Below are positions 38,069 through 51,042 of a stretch of 64,000 nt of DNA, one piece after another. The notes beneath the pieces were generated by a model. The model saw only the letters and a program-made list of their open reading frames with translations. It made no database searches and had not been told where the DNA came from. How positions within the stretch are numbered: the stretch's first letter is position 1; every line of letters begins with the position of its first letter. This DNA comes from Octopus vulgaris. Its lineage: Eukaryota. Location: the NCBI GenBank assembly GCA_951406725.2, contig OX597818.1:66216001-66280000 (forward strand). The letters are read 5' to 3'. Made by a program: the position numbers and the translations under genes.

Positions 38069-39181
38069 TACAGGGTTTGGACAAAATAATGGAAACCCCT
38101 TAAAATGTCAAGCAAATTTATTCTAAAGTAAGTTGGGACGGCCTTTGGCAAAAATTACAACTTGAATTGTACTAGATATGGGCTCATACAAAATTTGAAT
38201 TGTTTCCAAAGGAATTTTTGTCCATTCTTCAGCTAACACAGTCTCCAGTACTTGTAGTGACGATGGTGGAGGATATGGACACTTTAATGGTTTTTCTAAA
38301 ATGCACCATAAATGTTCAATAATATTGAAATCTGGGGACCGTTATGACCAGAAAATATGTTCAACTTACGATGTTTTTCGTGCTATTCAGTAACAATTTT
38401 ATCTGTGTGAATCGGTGCTTTATCGTCCACAAACTTAGGATGAATTTAATCAGATAAAAAGCTTAAATAGCCTTGACTGTTAATTCTGCCATAAAGAGAA
38501 ACCATTTGGCCGGCGCTTTCCATGATATAACCCCCACCCAGTTCATCATAGATCCTCCTCCATTTTTAACATTTGGAAGAAGGCAGTCACGGCTAAATTA
38601 TTCTTTTGGCTGCCTCCACACGTATACTCGGCCGGTGGTCGAAAATAAGGTAAAAGATAACTCGTCCGAGAATATAAGATTCTTCCACCACTCTAGGGAC
38701 CAATTCCGTAAGTATTTACTCCACTATAAATTATTTGCAATATTTATTTTTGAAAGTAATGTCTTTCTGATTGCAGCCCTCCCATTAAATCCGGCGTTGT
38801 GCAGCTCCCGGCGAACAGTTTATGTGGAAACCAGGTTCTCGAGGTGGTCAATAATGTCTCCAGTAATTTTGAGAGCTGTACTTTTGTGATCCTTTCTAAC
38901 AATTCGCGTAAGAGTCCGACGGTCCCTCTCTGAAAGTTTTGGTTTAATTCCGGAGTATTATTTCCACGTGGAGGTTTTTTCCCTCTTTCAAAAGTGTGTC
39001 ATTACTTTCGAAACAGTACTTCTTGAGACACCAAACATTCCGGCTGTTTTTGTTACGCTAACGCCTACCATAAGAGCACCAACAATTTGACCTCTTTGAA
39101 AATCCGATAGATCTGTCCTTTTAATGAATTTGCATTACATTTTTCTGATGGTATCTGAAAATAAACAACAATTTTAGCAAA
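38069..39181 (-). mobile_element. Tc1-like transposon, copy 2 of the 14022-15168 family, right TIR lost
   Basis: TIR 'TAcagggtttggacaaaataatggaaac'; colinear with copy 1, e.g. 'ttttctaaaatgcaccataaatgttca', 'tcgcgtaagagtccgacggtc'. Confidence 0.9.
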
Positions 39182-39232
39182 TTCAGACTCACGATACCTC
39201 GACCGATAATCCGCTACTCTAACCACTAGGTT
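39182..39232 (-). mobile_element. Decayed tRNA-derived SINE head truncating the Tc1 copy
   Basis: Minus strand 'cctagtggttagagtagcggattatcggtcgaggtatcgtgagtctgaat'. Confidence 0.5.
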
Positions 39233-39431
39233 ATAAGCATCCATTAATTGTCTAATGATAAAGAAGTATAAGTAAAACAGCGCGTGTGTTATTATTGGTG
39301 TAACGAGGCTACCAAACACAACAAATATGCTTCAACGCACAAATTATGTTGACCAAATACAATAACGATATATATACACACATGTATATATGGATAAATG
39401 TATATATGTATGTATTAATTCTTTATGCATG

Positions 39432-39463
<32 letters not shown>

Positions 39464-39734
39464 GACATATGCGTGTATGTACATGTGTATATGCTTTCTA
39501 ATTAACTCAGACAAAGTCCCTGTTCGTGGCAATTAACTAGATAGTAGTTTTAGAGTATTTCTCTGAATTTTATTCATAGCATTTCGATACTGCGACATTA
39601 CACAATCGCAACAATAATGCTGTTTAATTTGGTAATTAATCTTGGTCTTATGTATTTTAGAATTTAAATGGAATATTGATTTAAGAACTTTATAATTAAA
39701 ACACTATACTATCATTTTCGGCGTTTATTCTCTC

Positions 39735-39737
<3 letters not shown>

Positions 39738-39784
<47 letters not shown>

Positions 39785-39890
39785 GCGTATGTGTGTGTGT
39801 CTTTGTGTGTATGTACTATGTATGTATATGTGCATATATATATATATATATATATATGTACATATATATATATGTAACTATATATGTGCG

Positions 39891-39936
<46 letters not shown>

Positions 39937-40007
39937 CATATACATACATACATATATATATATACATACTTATATAAATGTATCTATATATGTGCGTCCG
40001 TGCATGC

Positions 40008-40046
<39 letters not shown>

Positions 40047-40120
40047 CATACACACACACGCATATATATATATATACATGCACACGCATACAAAATCACA
40101 CACACACATACATATATAAT
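39738..40120. repeat. (TA)/(CA) compound microsatellite
   Basis: Direct reading. Confidence 0.9.
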
Positions 40121-40542
40121 GTTTATAACCTTATTGATATCACATGCAATACGCTTTTATACATTATGTTTGTAATCAGAATTTGAAATTTATGTTCGTT
40201 ACTATAATTGCTTTGCTATTGGTAAATTTTGTTACACAAAAGTTCTTTTTTGCTGCAGCTCTCTTTATTATTCATAGGGTTTCAAAAGAGTAGATCAGTG
40301 GCTTCGTTTTAGCTGAAGTTAATCATTGGTTCACTCTAATGGACAACATTAATTTATTAAGAAGTCTACGTTTCTATACTCAGATGTATCACACAGCAGA
40401 AGATTAATTATGCTGCCAAAAACGGCTTGTAATTACAGCAAAAATTCTCACTTTCATAACAAAATTAGAAGAAAATATGCAAAAGTTTCAGTTGCATGTA
40501 TACAGATAAAGGAAAGCATTTCGTAAGGCAGAAATAGTCATG

Positions 40543-41106
40543 TACAGGGATGAGTCAGAAAGTGATACCATTTTGTTTCGGACAGGTATAATTACCAACA
40601 CAGGACATGTCATACATCAACATGAAGCTGTTCCTCTGTGGATCACATCCCTACTTCTCAACATAGTCACCGTTTCTCTTAATAGCAATGTTCCACCTTC
40701 GAATGACATCATGTATCTCTGTCCCGTAAAATTCTCGTGACTGCTCTTTGAGCCACTTCTTCACTACAGTTTTTCCTTCCTCGTCACTGGAATAATTTTT
40801 GCCTTTCAAACTCTCTTTCATGTCCTCGAAGACATTTTGTAATCGTCGGTGAATGTTCACAGGGTGTTTCCCTCTCAGCAACAAGAAATTCAATCACTGC
40901 TCTTTGTTTCTGACGTAACTCGAAGGAGGCAGCCATTTTGAATTTTTCTTACAAGTTTAAAAACCTAAAAAGTACAAAACAAAATATTTAAGAACGTAAA
41001 TGATATAATCGTTTATAAGTAGGAAAATGTTCAGTTATTTTTATCAAAATCTTCACATGAAATACAAAAAAAAAAAAAAAAAATAACTTTCAGACTCACC
41101 CTCGTA
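40543..41106 (-). mobile_element. Internally deleted non-autonomous mariner (564 bp)
   Basis: TIRs 'TAcagggatgagtcagaaagt' / 'actttcagactcaccctcgTA'; ORF 40651-40893 joins N-terminal 'IHRRLQNVF' to C-terminal 'KESLKGKNYSSDEE..RWNIAIKRNGDYVEK'. Confidence 0.9.
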
Positions 41107-41329
41107 CATCATATACAGGAGCAATTACTAGTTTTACACTGAAAATATGTTAGTGTTTCTATCCGATACGTATCGAAATATCTCTGTACTTTACGGCACG
41201 AATTGAATTCGGAATCACCAGTCAGAGTGTTTAATCTAAGGACAATCAATTTTGTGTTTGTGGAATTTTACCTCCACAAAGGAATTCATCAACAATAATT
41301 AATTCTTACCTATTCAAAAATGTTGGGAG

Positions 41330-41905
41330 TTTTTTTGTTTAACATTCTTAGTCCAAATTCCATTCAGGCCGACGTTGAATTTTAGCTTCTCCGAGTCCAA
41401 AAATAAGTATCAGTTTATCACTTCGCTAGATGTAATCAATTCACGCACCCCGCGCTCGTCAAAACAAAAAATTCTAGTCTTGTGTCAAAATTTGAGTCCA
41501 ATATATTTTCCCTGTAGAGGATGAGAGCTGGCAGATACGTTAGCGCGCTGGGCGTAATGCTTAGCAGTATTTTGTCTGTCGTTACGTTGTGAGTTCGAAT
41601 TCCATCGAGGTCGATTTTGCTTTTCATCCTTTCGGGGTCGATAAATTAAGCACCAGTTACGCACTGGTATCGATGTAATCGACTTAATACCTATGACTGT
41701 CCTTGTTTTTCCCCTCTGTTTTTATCCCCTTGTGGGTAATAAAGAAATAGGTATTTCGTCAGAGTTCAAATTCTGCCGAGGTCGACCTTCCCTTTGGTCC
41801 TTTCGAGGTCGATAAATTAAGTACTAGTTGCGCACAAGGATAGATCTAATCAACTGGGACCTTCCCAAAAAGAATTAGGGCCTTGCGTCTTGAGAAGAAA
41901 AGAAT
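41330..41905 (+). mobile_element. SINE family C copies (decayed 41330-41495; dimer 41519-41905)
   Basis: Head 'gagctggcagatacgttagcgcgctgggcg' and conserved block repeated twice. Confidence 0.85.
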
Positions 41906-42173
41906 ATTTTTCCCCGTGATAATGGTAACACTTTGCTGAGAAATGTCAAATCTTTCTTTCATCTTCAAAACATATATATAGACACCTGGAAAGGAATTCA
42001 GATCAATGGGTGTTCCTTCTAAGGGTTATCTCGCTTCCAGAGAGTATATGAAAGAAATAGGGCGGCGAATGGAATGTAGATGCTGTTCTCATTCGACACA
42101 CATTACTCCCGCTCACTTTCTCTGTCTCTCATATATGTATCACTCACTCTACACACACACGCACCCATATATA

Positions 42174-42349
<176 letters not shown>

Positions 42350-42505
42350 TGAGGGAATCTAATTCCAACCTTACAGGGAAAAATTCAATTATCTTATATT
42401 TAATCTTTAAATAATATGTAATTTTCTAGATGCTTTAATTTAATTTTTCATTATTGAAGTGATAAAAGGTGTTTTTTACTAGTTTATATATATATATATA
42501 TATAT

Positions 42506-42589
<84 letters not shown>

Positions 42590-42890
42590 ATACACATGCA
42601 TATATCAAATTCAACCTGCGTTGAAACCCAATAAACAAAGACTGATTTAGAATCGTTGATATGTTTTGAAAGATACAGATAAGGAAATAATTTTATTCTG
42701 AAAGGCTAATATTATAGCACGAAGAAGATAACATATTCATATTTTTCAGAAAAATCTGTCGCCGACTTATAAAGCTCGATTTACACATCCTAAAATTGGA
42801 AAAAGATTTTGTCGCTGGGCAGTTTAGCTTAATGGTAAAAAACCTGACGCGTGATCACAAGGATGTGAATTCCTTTTATACATACATACA

Positions 42891-42975
<85 letters not shown>

Positions 42976-43577
42976 TTAACATACTTGCTAGAGGATACGT
43001 GGCTTTGAATCATATAATAATATAAATAATATATATATATATATATATATGCATACTTATATGTAAGTATATGCATACGTATATGTACATACAACTATAC
43101 GTATATTTATATGCATGTGGCCACAGGATATCATGAAACGTGTACAACAAAAAGATACGAAGTACCAGTACAAGTAATATGAATTATTTTTTGAACAACG
43201 TAAGACACAAATGGAAAACAAAACAAACAACACAAAGAACGACCCTTCTTCAGTTGTTGGCTGTTTTTCTGCTCTCGTATTCCGAGCATTTAACAAGAAT
43301 ATACACTTTCGATAGAACAGTTTCTTCCGCAAAGCAAATTAAATAAAAATTTGGATATTGTGGAGGGTCAAACTTCGTAACACAAACAGGACAGTGGAAA
43401 CAAACAGGAAGGGCTGTTACGTCTAAATGAGGTTGTGGTGGCGAACGAGTAAAGCAAACTTGGACAGGAGACTGACAATGACACGTCTTTATTCTTCCAG
43501 CCACATCGGAAAGAAATACTCACAAGTTAGGGGAGGAAAGATGGCCGATGGTATATATATATATATATATATATGAG

Positions 43578-43900
43578 TGGAAGCGTAATGGCCTCCACAC
43601 ATAGGTTAGGGCAGCGGTGTCGCGGTTGTAGGATCGCGGTTTCGATTCCCAGACCGGGCGTTGTGTGTGTGTTTATTGAGCGAAAACACCTAAAGCTCCA
43701 TGAGGCACCGCCAGGGATGGTGGCGATCTCTGTTTTACTCTTTCTCCATAAATTTCTCTCAGTCTTTCTTCTGTTGGCCTGCCTGCCGCTTAGCCAGCGG
43801 GGTGGCGTCATTTGAGGGCTAAAACAATGCGAACCGCATTGTGATCAGCGATATGTTGCAACATCTCATAGCCTGGTCGGTCACGGGGATCATGGTGATA
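43578..43900 (+). mobile_element. SINE family A2, diverged
   Basis: Colinear with 31828-32134. Confidence 0.88.
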
Positions 43901-43902
43901 TA

Positions 43903-43958
<56 letters not shown>

Positions 43959-44514
43959 CATATAGATACTTCGTTTTTGTATATAGTTTGAAAGATACTT
44001 CATGTGAATTTGTGTCTTAAAGAAAATTTGTCCAGTGAGAGTCATTATGCCAATATCATTAACACATTCACTGGTTCAATTACACTCGTTTATTATTAGA
44101 CAATTCGTCAAATATCCGAATATCTAATCGATTTTGAATCGTGTTTCTTCTTGTTTGTCAAAGCTCTTTCCTTGTCACTCACAAGTTTTTCAATGACTAT
44201 TGACTTTGTCCTTTATACAATCTGAGATCGCATATCACGGCGAGTGTGTACCTATCTGTCTATGTATTCTTCATATTCATGTGTTTTTGTGCGTGTGTGT
44301 ATATGTGTGTTTGTGTATATATGTATATGCATGTGTGTATCTGCGTGTACATCTACTTCATTGCGTACTAGTTAGCGTTCGTCTACGCGTGAGACTATGC
44401 AAATATTCACGTGCGCATGTTATGTATGCATGCCTGCCTGCCTATATGTGTGTGTATGTGTACACGTGTGTGTGGTGTGTGTGTGCGTGTATATAATGTC
44501 AGGTGTACGTACTT

Positions 44515-44770
44515 GTCTGTCTGTCCTACCTAAGTACCTATTAATCTATCTATCCACCGAACTAACTACTCACCCATTAATCCACCTAGTTACTTCCTTC
44601 TCTACCTAGTTGCCTATTTATCTACATGTTAGCTTGCTTATCTTCCCACCTGTTTACTACCGTCATAATTAAGTTACTAAGAACCTATATAATTGACCTA
44701 ACCACCTAAAACCTATCTCCATACCTATTTACCAATTTCCCTACTATTTCCCTACTTGACTGCTTACTTA
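44515..44770. repeat. Degenerate (TACC/CTAC)n tetranucleotide tract
   Basis: Direct reading. Confidence 0.7.
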
Positions 44771-45270
44771 CGAATGTACACAAGTATCTCTAATCTGCGG
44801 GTGGGATGTATAGTATTGGGGTATCTCTACCTTCAACGTGTATTTCCTATTTAGTGCTGGTAACGTTTCATTTATGAGAACGTGATTGCTTGTTTGGTAG
44901 CATGAAGAAAAAACTGATCTGAATTCGGCCTGGTGCTTCTCCATGTTCGTCTTTTGCATATTGATAGAATAAAGGACGACTGTTTATCCCACCATTGCGC
45001 GTTTAGCCTCTCCGCTACACCCCTGCAAGTGTCCCCAAAGTTTATCGTGTGTGTGTTCTTACAGACACCTTCTATGCACCTTATACCGTCAAATACGTTT
45101 CTATTAATAAGGGCAATACCGTGTTAATCTTACATGCTGCATACTTTTCTTTAATGCATGGGGTATTTTCGAAGGGGTACATCCAATAGAATTGTGCGAA
45201 AATGTGTATGTGCATGTGTCGCTTTATGCATAGTTATGCAGATATACATCAACAATTTCATAAATAGGAT

Positions 45271-45322
<52 letters not shown>

Positions 45323-45324
45323 CA

Positions 45325-45358
<34 letters not shown>

Positions 45359-45362
45359 CACG

Positions 45363-45433
<71 letters not shown>

Positions 45434-45676
45434 ATTTAGGATGGTCATTTTGCCAGTTTAGCCAATAAAAACACACGCACTATATATTTGGTGTTACTTT
45501 GCTTCAGCCTTATTTATTTTTTAGGTTAATATTAATCTTATTTAGGCCAGAGTGCTTTCGTCACACTGGCGAAGTGACCATTCGTAAATACAACAATATC
45601 TGTTTCAACACACGATTTCACATGAAAAATCATGCAAAACAAATATATAAACGTATATATATATATATATATATAT

Positions 45677-47726
45677 AAGTCCCGCCTGAAAATAAAACTG
45701 TTGGAAATTGAAAATTGTCTGCAACTCTCCCATGAGAAGGAACGAGCAGACAAAGAAGACTGGGCTATAGACAACATAAAAACTAACCCCAGAGCTTTCT
45801 ACAGGTATGCCAAAAAACAGCTACGGTGCACTGTAGGATAGGGCCACTCCTTGAAAAGGATGGCACACTCACAGGAAAACCAATGAGGGTAAGTGAAATA
45901 CTGAATGAACAATTCAAGAGTGTTTTCACTCCACCCCTTGGGCATTTCCAAATCATCAATCCAACTGACTTCTTTACCACTGCAGATATAGAATCAGAGG
46001 CGGCGACGATAAATTACATCGACATAAAGGAAGACGATGTAATAAAGGCTATAGATGAAATGAAAATAGACTCAGCTATTGGCCCCGATGGATTCCCGGC
46101 AATCCTCCTAAAAGTATGTAAGAGAGTCCTAGCAAGACCACTGCAGTTCCTCTTTCAGAGCTTCCTTGCAGCTGACAAACTTCCAAGAAAACTGAAGGAA
46201 GGTAAAATATGCCCTATTCATAAAGGAGGTAGCAGAGCGGAGGCCAAGAACTACAGATCTATCTCTCTGACCTCACACATCAGCAAGGTCATGGAACGAA
46301 TAGTCAGAAGGAAACTAATCACCTTCCTTGAAGAAAATGACTTGCTGCCTGACACCCAACATGGTTTCCGACCAGGAAGAAGCTGCTTAACTCAGCTCCT
46401 GCAGCACTATGACTGGGTGCTGAAACAACTGCTCAACCACTCAAATGTGGAAGTCATATATCTCGACTTCGCAAAGGCCTTCGATAAAGTCGATCATGGA
46501 ATGATATGTCACAAACTGCGTGATCTTGGCATAGTTGGAAAACTAGGAGAATGGCTTCACGACTTTCTGAAGAATAGAAGTCAGGTGGTAGCAGCCAATG
46601 GGGCCACTTCCATTAGCACGCAAATAGTGAGCGGTGTTCCACAGGGCACTGTTTTGGGACCACTACTGTTCATAATGGCCCTCTCAGACATGCCCTCAGC
46701 CACGCGGAGAGCCACGATCACAAGTTATGCAGATGATACAAAAGTTTCACAGGCAATACAGAACCCTGAAGACACTAAACACCTGCAATATGAGCTGGAC
46801 GAAATATACAAGTGGGCTGAAAAGAATAGCATGCAGTTCAATGCTGAAAAGTTTCAAGCTTTATACTATCAGCATGCAAAACTGAATGCAATACCCAATG
46901 AATACACTGGACCCGGAGGGATTGCAATCCCGGAGGCACAATCAGTGCGTGACCTGGTTATTCACATGAGTGATGACGCGACCTTTCATGTACATGTTGC
47001 TAAACTGACAATGAAATGCAGACGGCTGGCTGGATGGATTCTTAGAACCTTTAGAACAAGAGAACAAGAAACCATGATGGTCCTCTGGAAGACACTTGTC
47101 CTAAGCCACTTTGACTATTGCTCTCAGCTATGGTCACCATCCAGTGTCAAGTTGATCACAGAACTTGTGGAGATCCAACGAAGCTACACGAAGAAGATAG
47201 CCTCTATGCAGAATGTAAGTTACTGGGAAAGACTCAAGAGATTAAAATTATATTCCCTGGAGCGTAGGCGGGAGAGATATGCCATAATATACATCTGGAA
47301 GATCCTGGAGGGAAGTGTCCTGAACTTTGGCATCGAGAGTTACGCAAATGCCAGAACTGGGCGCCACTGCGTGGTGCCTAGGACTCCAAACTTGCCATCA
47401 AGATGTAGGACAAGATTCTGTGATAGCCTGGGCTTCCGAGGCCCACAGCTCTTCAATATCCTCCCGAAGAACCTGAGAGACCTGCATGGGGTGGATACAG
47501 ATGTCTTTAAAAGGAAGCTGGATCTCTTCCTGTCAGGTGTCCCAGATGAACCAACTTCACGGCAGGAGGGGCAGATGAGGGCAGCTGCATCGAACTCTCT
47601 CATGCACCAAATAGCAGTTGCTAGAAAGCCTCCATGAAGTGAAACCAAGTAGCAACACCAAATGGCGGTGCCCCAGCATGGCCACAGCTCATAAGCTGAA
47701 ACTAGAATCAATCAATCAATCAATCA
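45677..47726 (+). mobile_element. 5'-truncated non-LTR retrotransposon (CR1-like LINE) inserted in (TA)n
   Basis: RT ORF, 3' UTR 'ggcggtgccccagcatggccacagctcataagctgaaactag' and (AATC)n tail; no endonuclease domain retained. Confidence 0.93.
45826..47637 (+). CDS. LINE ORF2 reverse transcriptase domain and C-terminus (603 aa, N-truncated; upstream part in another frame, ORF 45632-45841)
   Basis: NYRSISLTS, QHGFRPGRSC, YLDFAKAFDKVDH, GVPQGTVLGPLLF, YADD, CR1-like LERRRERY..IWKIL. Confidence 0.92.
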   Translation: MHCRIGPLLEKDGTLTGKPMRVSEILNEQFKSVFTPPLGHFQIINPTDFFTTADIESEAATINYIDIKEDDVIKAIDEMKIDSAIGPDGFPAILLKVCKRVLARPLQFLFQSFLAADKLPRKLKEGKICPIHKGGSRAEAKNYRSISLTSHISKVMERIVRRKLITFLEENDLLPDTQHGFRPGRSCLTQLLQHYDWVLKQLLNHSNVEVIYLDFAKAFDKVDHGMICHKLRDLGIVGKLGEWLHDFLKNRSQVVAANGATSISTQIVSGVPQGTVLGPLLFIMALSDMPSATRRATITSYADDTKVSQAIQNPEDTKHLQYELDEIYKWAEKNSMQFNAEKFQALYYQHAKLNAIPNEYTGPGGIAIPEAQSVRDLVIHMSDDATFHVHVAKLTMKCRRLAGWILRTFRTREQETMMVLWKTLVLSHFDYCSQLWSPSSVKLITELVEIQRSYTKKIASMQNVSYWERLKRLKLYSLERRRERYAIIYIWKILEGSVLNFGIESYANARTGRHCVVPRTPNLPSRCRTRFCDSLGFRGPQLFNILPKNLRDLHGVDTDVFKRKLDLFLSGVPDEPTSRQEGQMRAAASNSLMHQIAVARKPP

Positions 47727-47749
47727 TATATATATATATATATACGCCT

Positions 47750-48140
47750 TTTAGTTTTTCTTAGTTTTCACTTATTCAGTCGTTATTCTGCGGGGATACC
47801 GCTTTGAAGATGATTCTACACCAAAAGAATAGCTTCTAGTTCCAATTTCTATTTGAAACCTCGTACATATTCTGTTGGTCACTTTTGATAGACTACGAAA
47901 TTACGGGGACGTAAACACACCAACGCCGTTTGCCAGAACTGGTGGGGAACAAACAGACACAAACACAATCGCACATATAAGACGCATATAAGAGTATCTT
48001 TGATTTTCCCTCGGCCAAATTTATTTACAAGGCTTTTGTCGCTCTGATTCTATGGTAGCAATAGACCTGTTGAATGTGTAACACAGTGGGAATCAATCCG
48101 GAATCTTGTTGTTGGGAAGCTCGTTTCTCAGCACAAGGCT
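47750..48140 (-). mobile_element. SINE family B, old decayed copy
   Basis: 'ttacggggacgtaaacacaccaac...ggggaacaaacagacac...acaaggctttt...cagtgggaatcaatccgg'. Confidence 0.7.
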
Positions 48141-48892
48141 GACGTGTGTGTATGTGTTTGTGTACGTATTCCAATATACGCTGAAATGGATATATAAATT
48201 TCGAGATGTCTATGTGTGTAAGTATGTGTATGTGAAGGTGCGCCCTGTATATAGGTATACATATATATATATATCTACAGTTTCATAGATAGAATGATGA
48301 AACCTGAAAGTATAACGATCGAAATCGGAAATATAATATTCATATAAATTGGGAACGTGTTATTATCAATGAGAATATTATATACCCATATATTATACTG
48401 CCTTTCCTCTCAAAACCTGTGTAAATAAAAAGTCCTGATATATACAATTCCCTCCATCGTAGTTCAAAGATATTGAAAGCAAACTCAATGTTTACCAGAA
48501 TCCAAAGAAACGTCCCAATGCTGGCTTACCTTGCATTTACAGAATTGTTCGATTCCAATATGTCGACATCCACATGTCAACTTCTTTTTGCATTCTGTGT
48601 TCTAGGGTGTCATATCCCGTTTGAAATAACAGTTTAAAACGTACAATTTGTCGTCATATATATGTTTCACTCTTTCAGAAGCAAACGAAATCCCGATACA
48701 ATTAGGCTTAGTCTATTACCAAACCAAAGATGTGCATTTAGACGTGATATGGCTTAGAGCTATCTTTGTTGTTGTATCTGTCCATCTGTTCGTTCTATTG
48801 AAACTCACAGCTCATGAGACTGGTTAACCGTTTTAATGACGTACAAGTGACTGAGATTACTACAATCCATCTGAAAGTTATACAGGTCCGGT

Positions 48893-49279
48893 GTGGAGGC
48901 GCAATGGCCCAGTGGTTAGGGCAGCGGACTCGCGGTCGTATGATCGCGGTTTCGATTCCCAGACCGGGCGTTGTGAGTGTTTATTGAGCGAAAACACCTA
49001 AAGCTCCATGATGCTCCGGCAGGGGATGGTGGTGATCTCTGCTGTACTCTTTCACCACAACTTTCTCTCACTTTTACTTCCTGTTTCTGTTGTACCTGTA
49101 TTTCAAAGGACCGGCCTTGTCACTCTCTGTGTCACGCTGAATATCCCCGAGAACTACGTTAAGGGTAAACGTGTCTGTGGAATGCTCAGCCGCTTACACG
49201 TTAATTTCACGAGCAGGCTGTTCCGTTGATCGGATCAACCGGAACCCTCGTCGTCGTAACCGACGGAGTGCTTCCATCC
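48893..49279 (+). mobile_element. SINE family A, full length, with 14-bp target-site duplication
   Basis: TSD 'atacaggtccggtg' at 48880-48893 and 49280-49293; tRNA head with A/B boxes; tail 'gtcgtcgtaaccgacggagtgcttccatcc'. Confidence 0.95.
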
Positions 49280-49689
49280 ATACAGGTCCGGTGCAGGTTA
49301 CGAGATCAACAATTTTCAGGGTTGAGAACAGCAATAACCTCGACACATACACTTGATAGACAATTTATATTATTTGGCTCCCAAGGAACGAAAGGTAAAG
49401 TTGCCTGAATAGCATTTGAAATCAGAACCCAAATGAGCGGACGAAATGATGTTACGCACATTATACGTTGTGGCAGCGATTTTGATCGCAGGATGCTTAA
49501 CCAGTAAATAAAATATTTTGTCCGGCATCTATCATAGAATATAGTGATATAATTCATGCATGTGAAGTCACATGATTTAGCAGTTTAAGATATTCTGCTC
49601 ACGATCTTCAGGTCCTGAGTTCAATTTCAGGCGTGTGTTGAGCCCTTGAGTAACACACATAATTTTACGTAAGACCAGTCTACACAGCC

Positions 49690-50230
49690 AGCGGTGAGCT
49701 AGTAGAATCTTGAGCGCGTTGGACAAAATGCTTCGCGGCATTCCACCCAGATTTTGGTTCTGAATTCCAGTGGCACCGATGTCGAACACTGCTTTTCATG
49801 CATGGGTTCCATGAAATAAGTAGCAGTGAGATATGCTTTCCCACTCTAGGCACAAAGACCGAAATATTCGGGGTGGGGGCCAGTCGTTAGATCGACCCTA
49901 GAACGCAACTGGTAGTTAATCTATCGAGCCTGAAAGGATGAAAGGCAAAGCCGACCTCGGTGCAGTTTGAACTCAGAACGTAGCGGTAGACGAAATACCT
50001 ATTTCTTTACTACCCAAGGGGCTAAACACAGAGGGGATAAACAAGGACAGACAAACGGATTAATTCGATTACATCAACCTCAGTGCGTAACTGGTACTTA
50101 TTTAATCGATCTCGAAAGGATGAAAGGCAAAGTCGACCTCGGCGGAATTTGAACTCAGAACGTAACGGCATGCGAAATACTGCTAAGCATTTCGCCTTGC
50201 GTGTTAACGTTTCTGCCAGCTCGCCGCCTT
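49690..50230. mobile_element. SINE family C: decayed + copy (49690-49830) and - strand dimer (49840-50230)
   Basis: Family C head and conserved block. Confidence 0.85.
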
Positions 50231-50615
50231 GTAGCAGTAAGATATTATGGCCAATGTAACGGACCTGCATCGTTCCATAATAATTGCTGATGTGGTTTAA
50301 AAATTAGATGGAATTATCTGATAGTGGAATGTAACCTGTTTGAATAGATAGCTACAGTTAAATATACATCAGTATTCACAAATTGCTGTTAGTTCTTCTT
50401 GTTCTTCATTTTATCTATTCTGTTTTTGCATTTACAGATGTAAATTTTCACGTCGAAGAAGCATGATAACTGGTTCACGTGTCTGTTTGTAATGAACCAA
50501 ATGCTAATATATATAAAAGAATATCAAATGTGTAACCATGAATATCGTTTTTCTACAATGGAGAGTCATTCATATCAGTGCTACCAAACTACAATACTAG
50601 AAATAATACACGATT

Positions 50616-51042
<427 letters not shown>

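Noticed and set aside
47340-47711. 123-aa antisense ORF
   Set aside because: Shadow ORF of the LINE RT strand
48893-48970. Possible functional tRNA gene
   Set aside because: It is a SINE head: the acceptor stem does not close and it is followed by the family body in every copy
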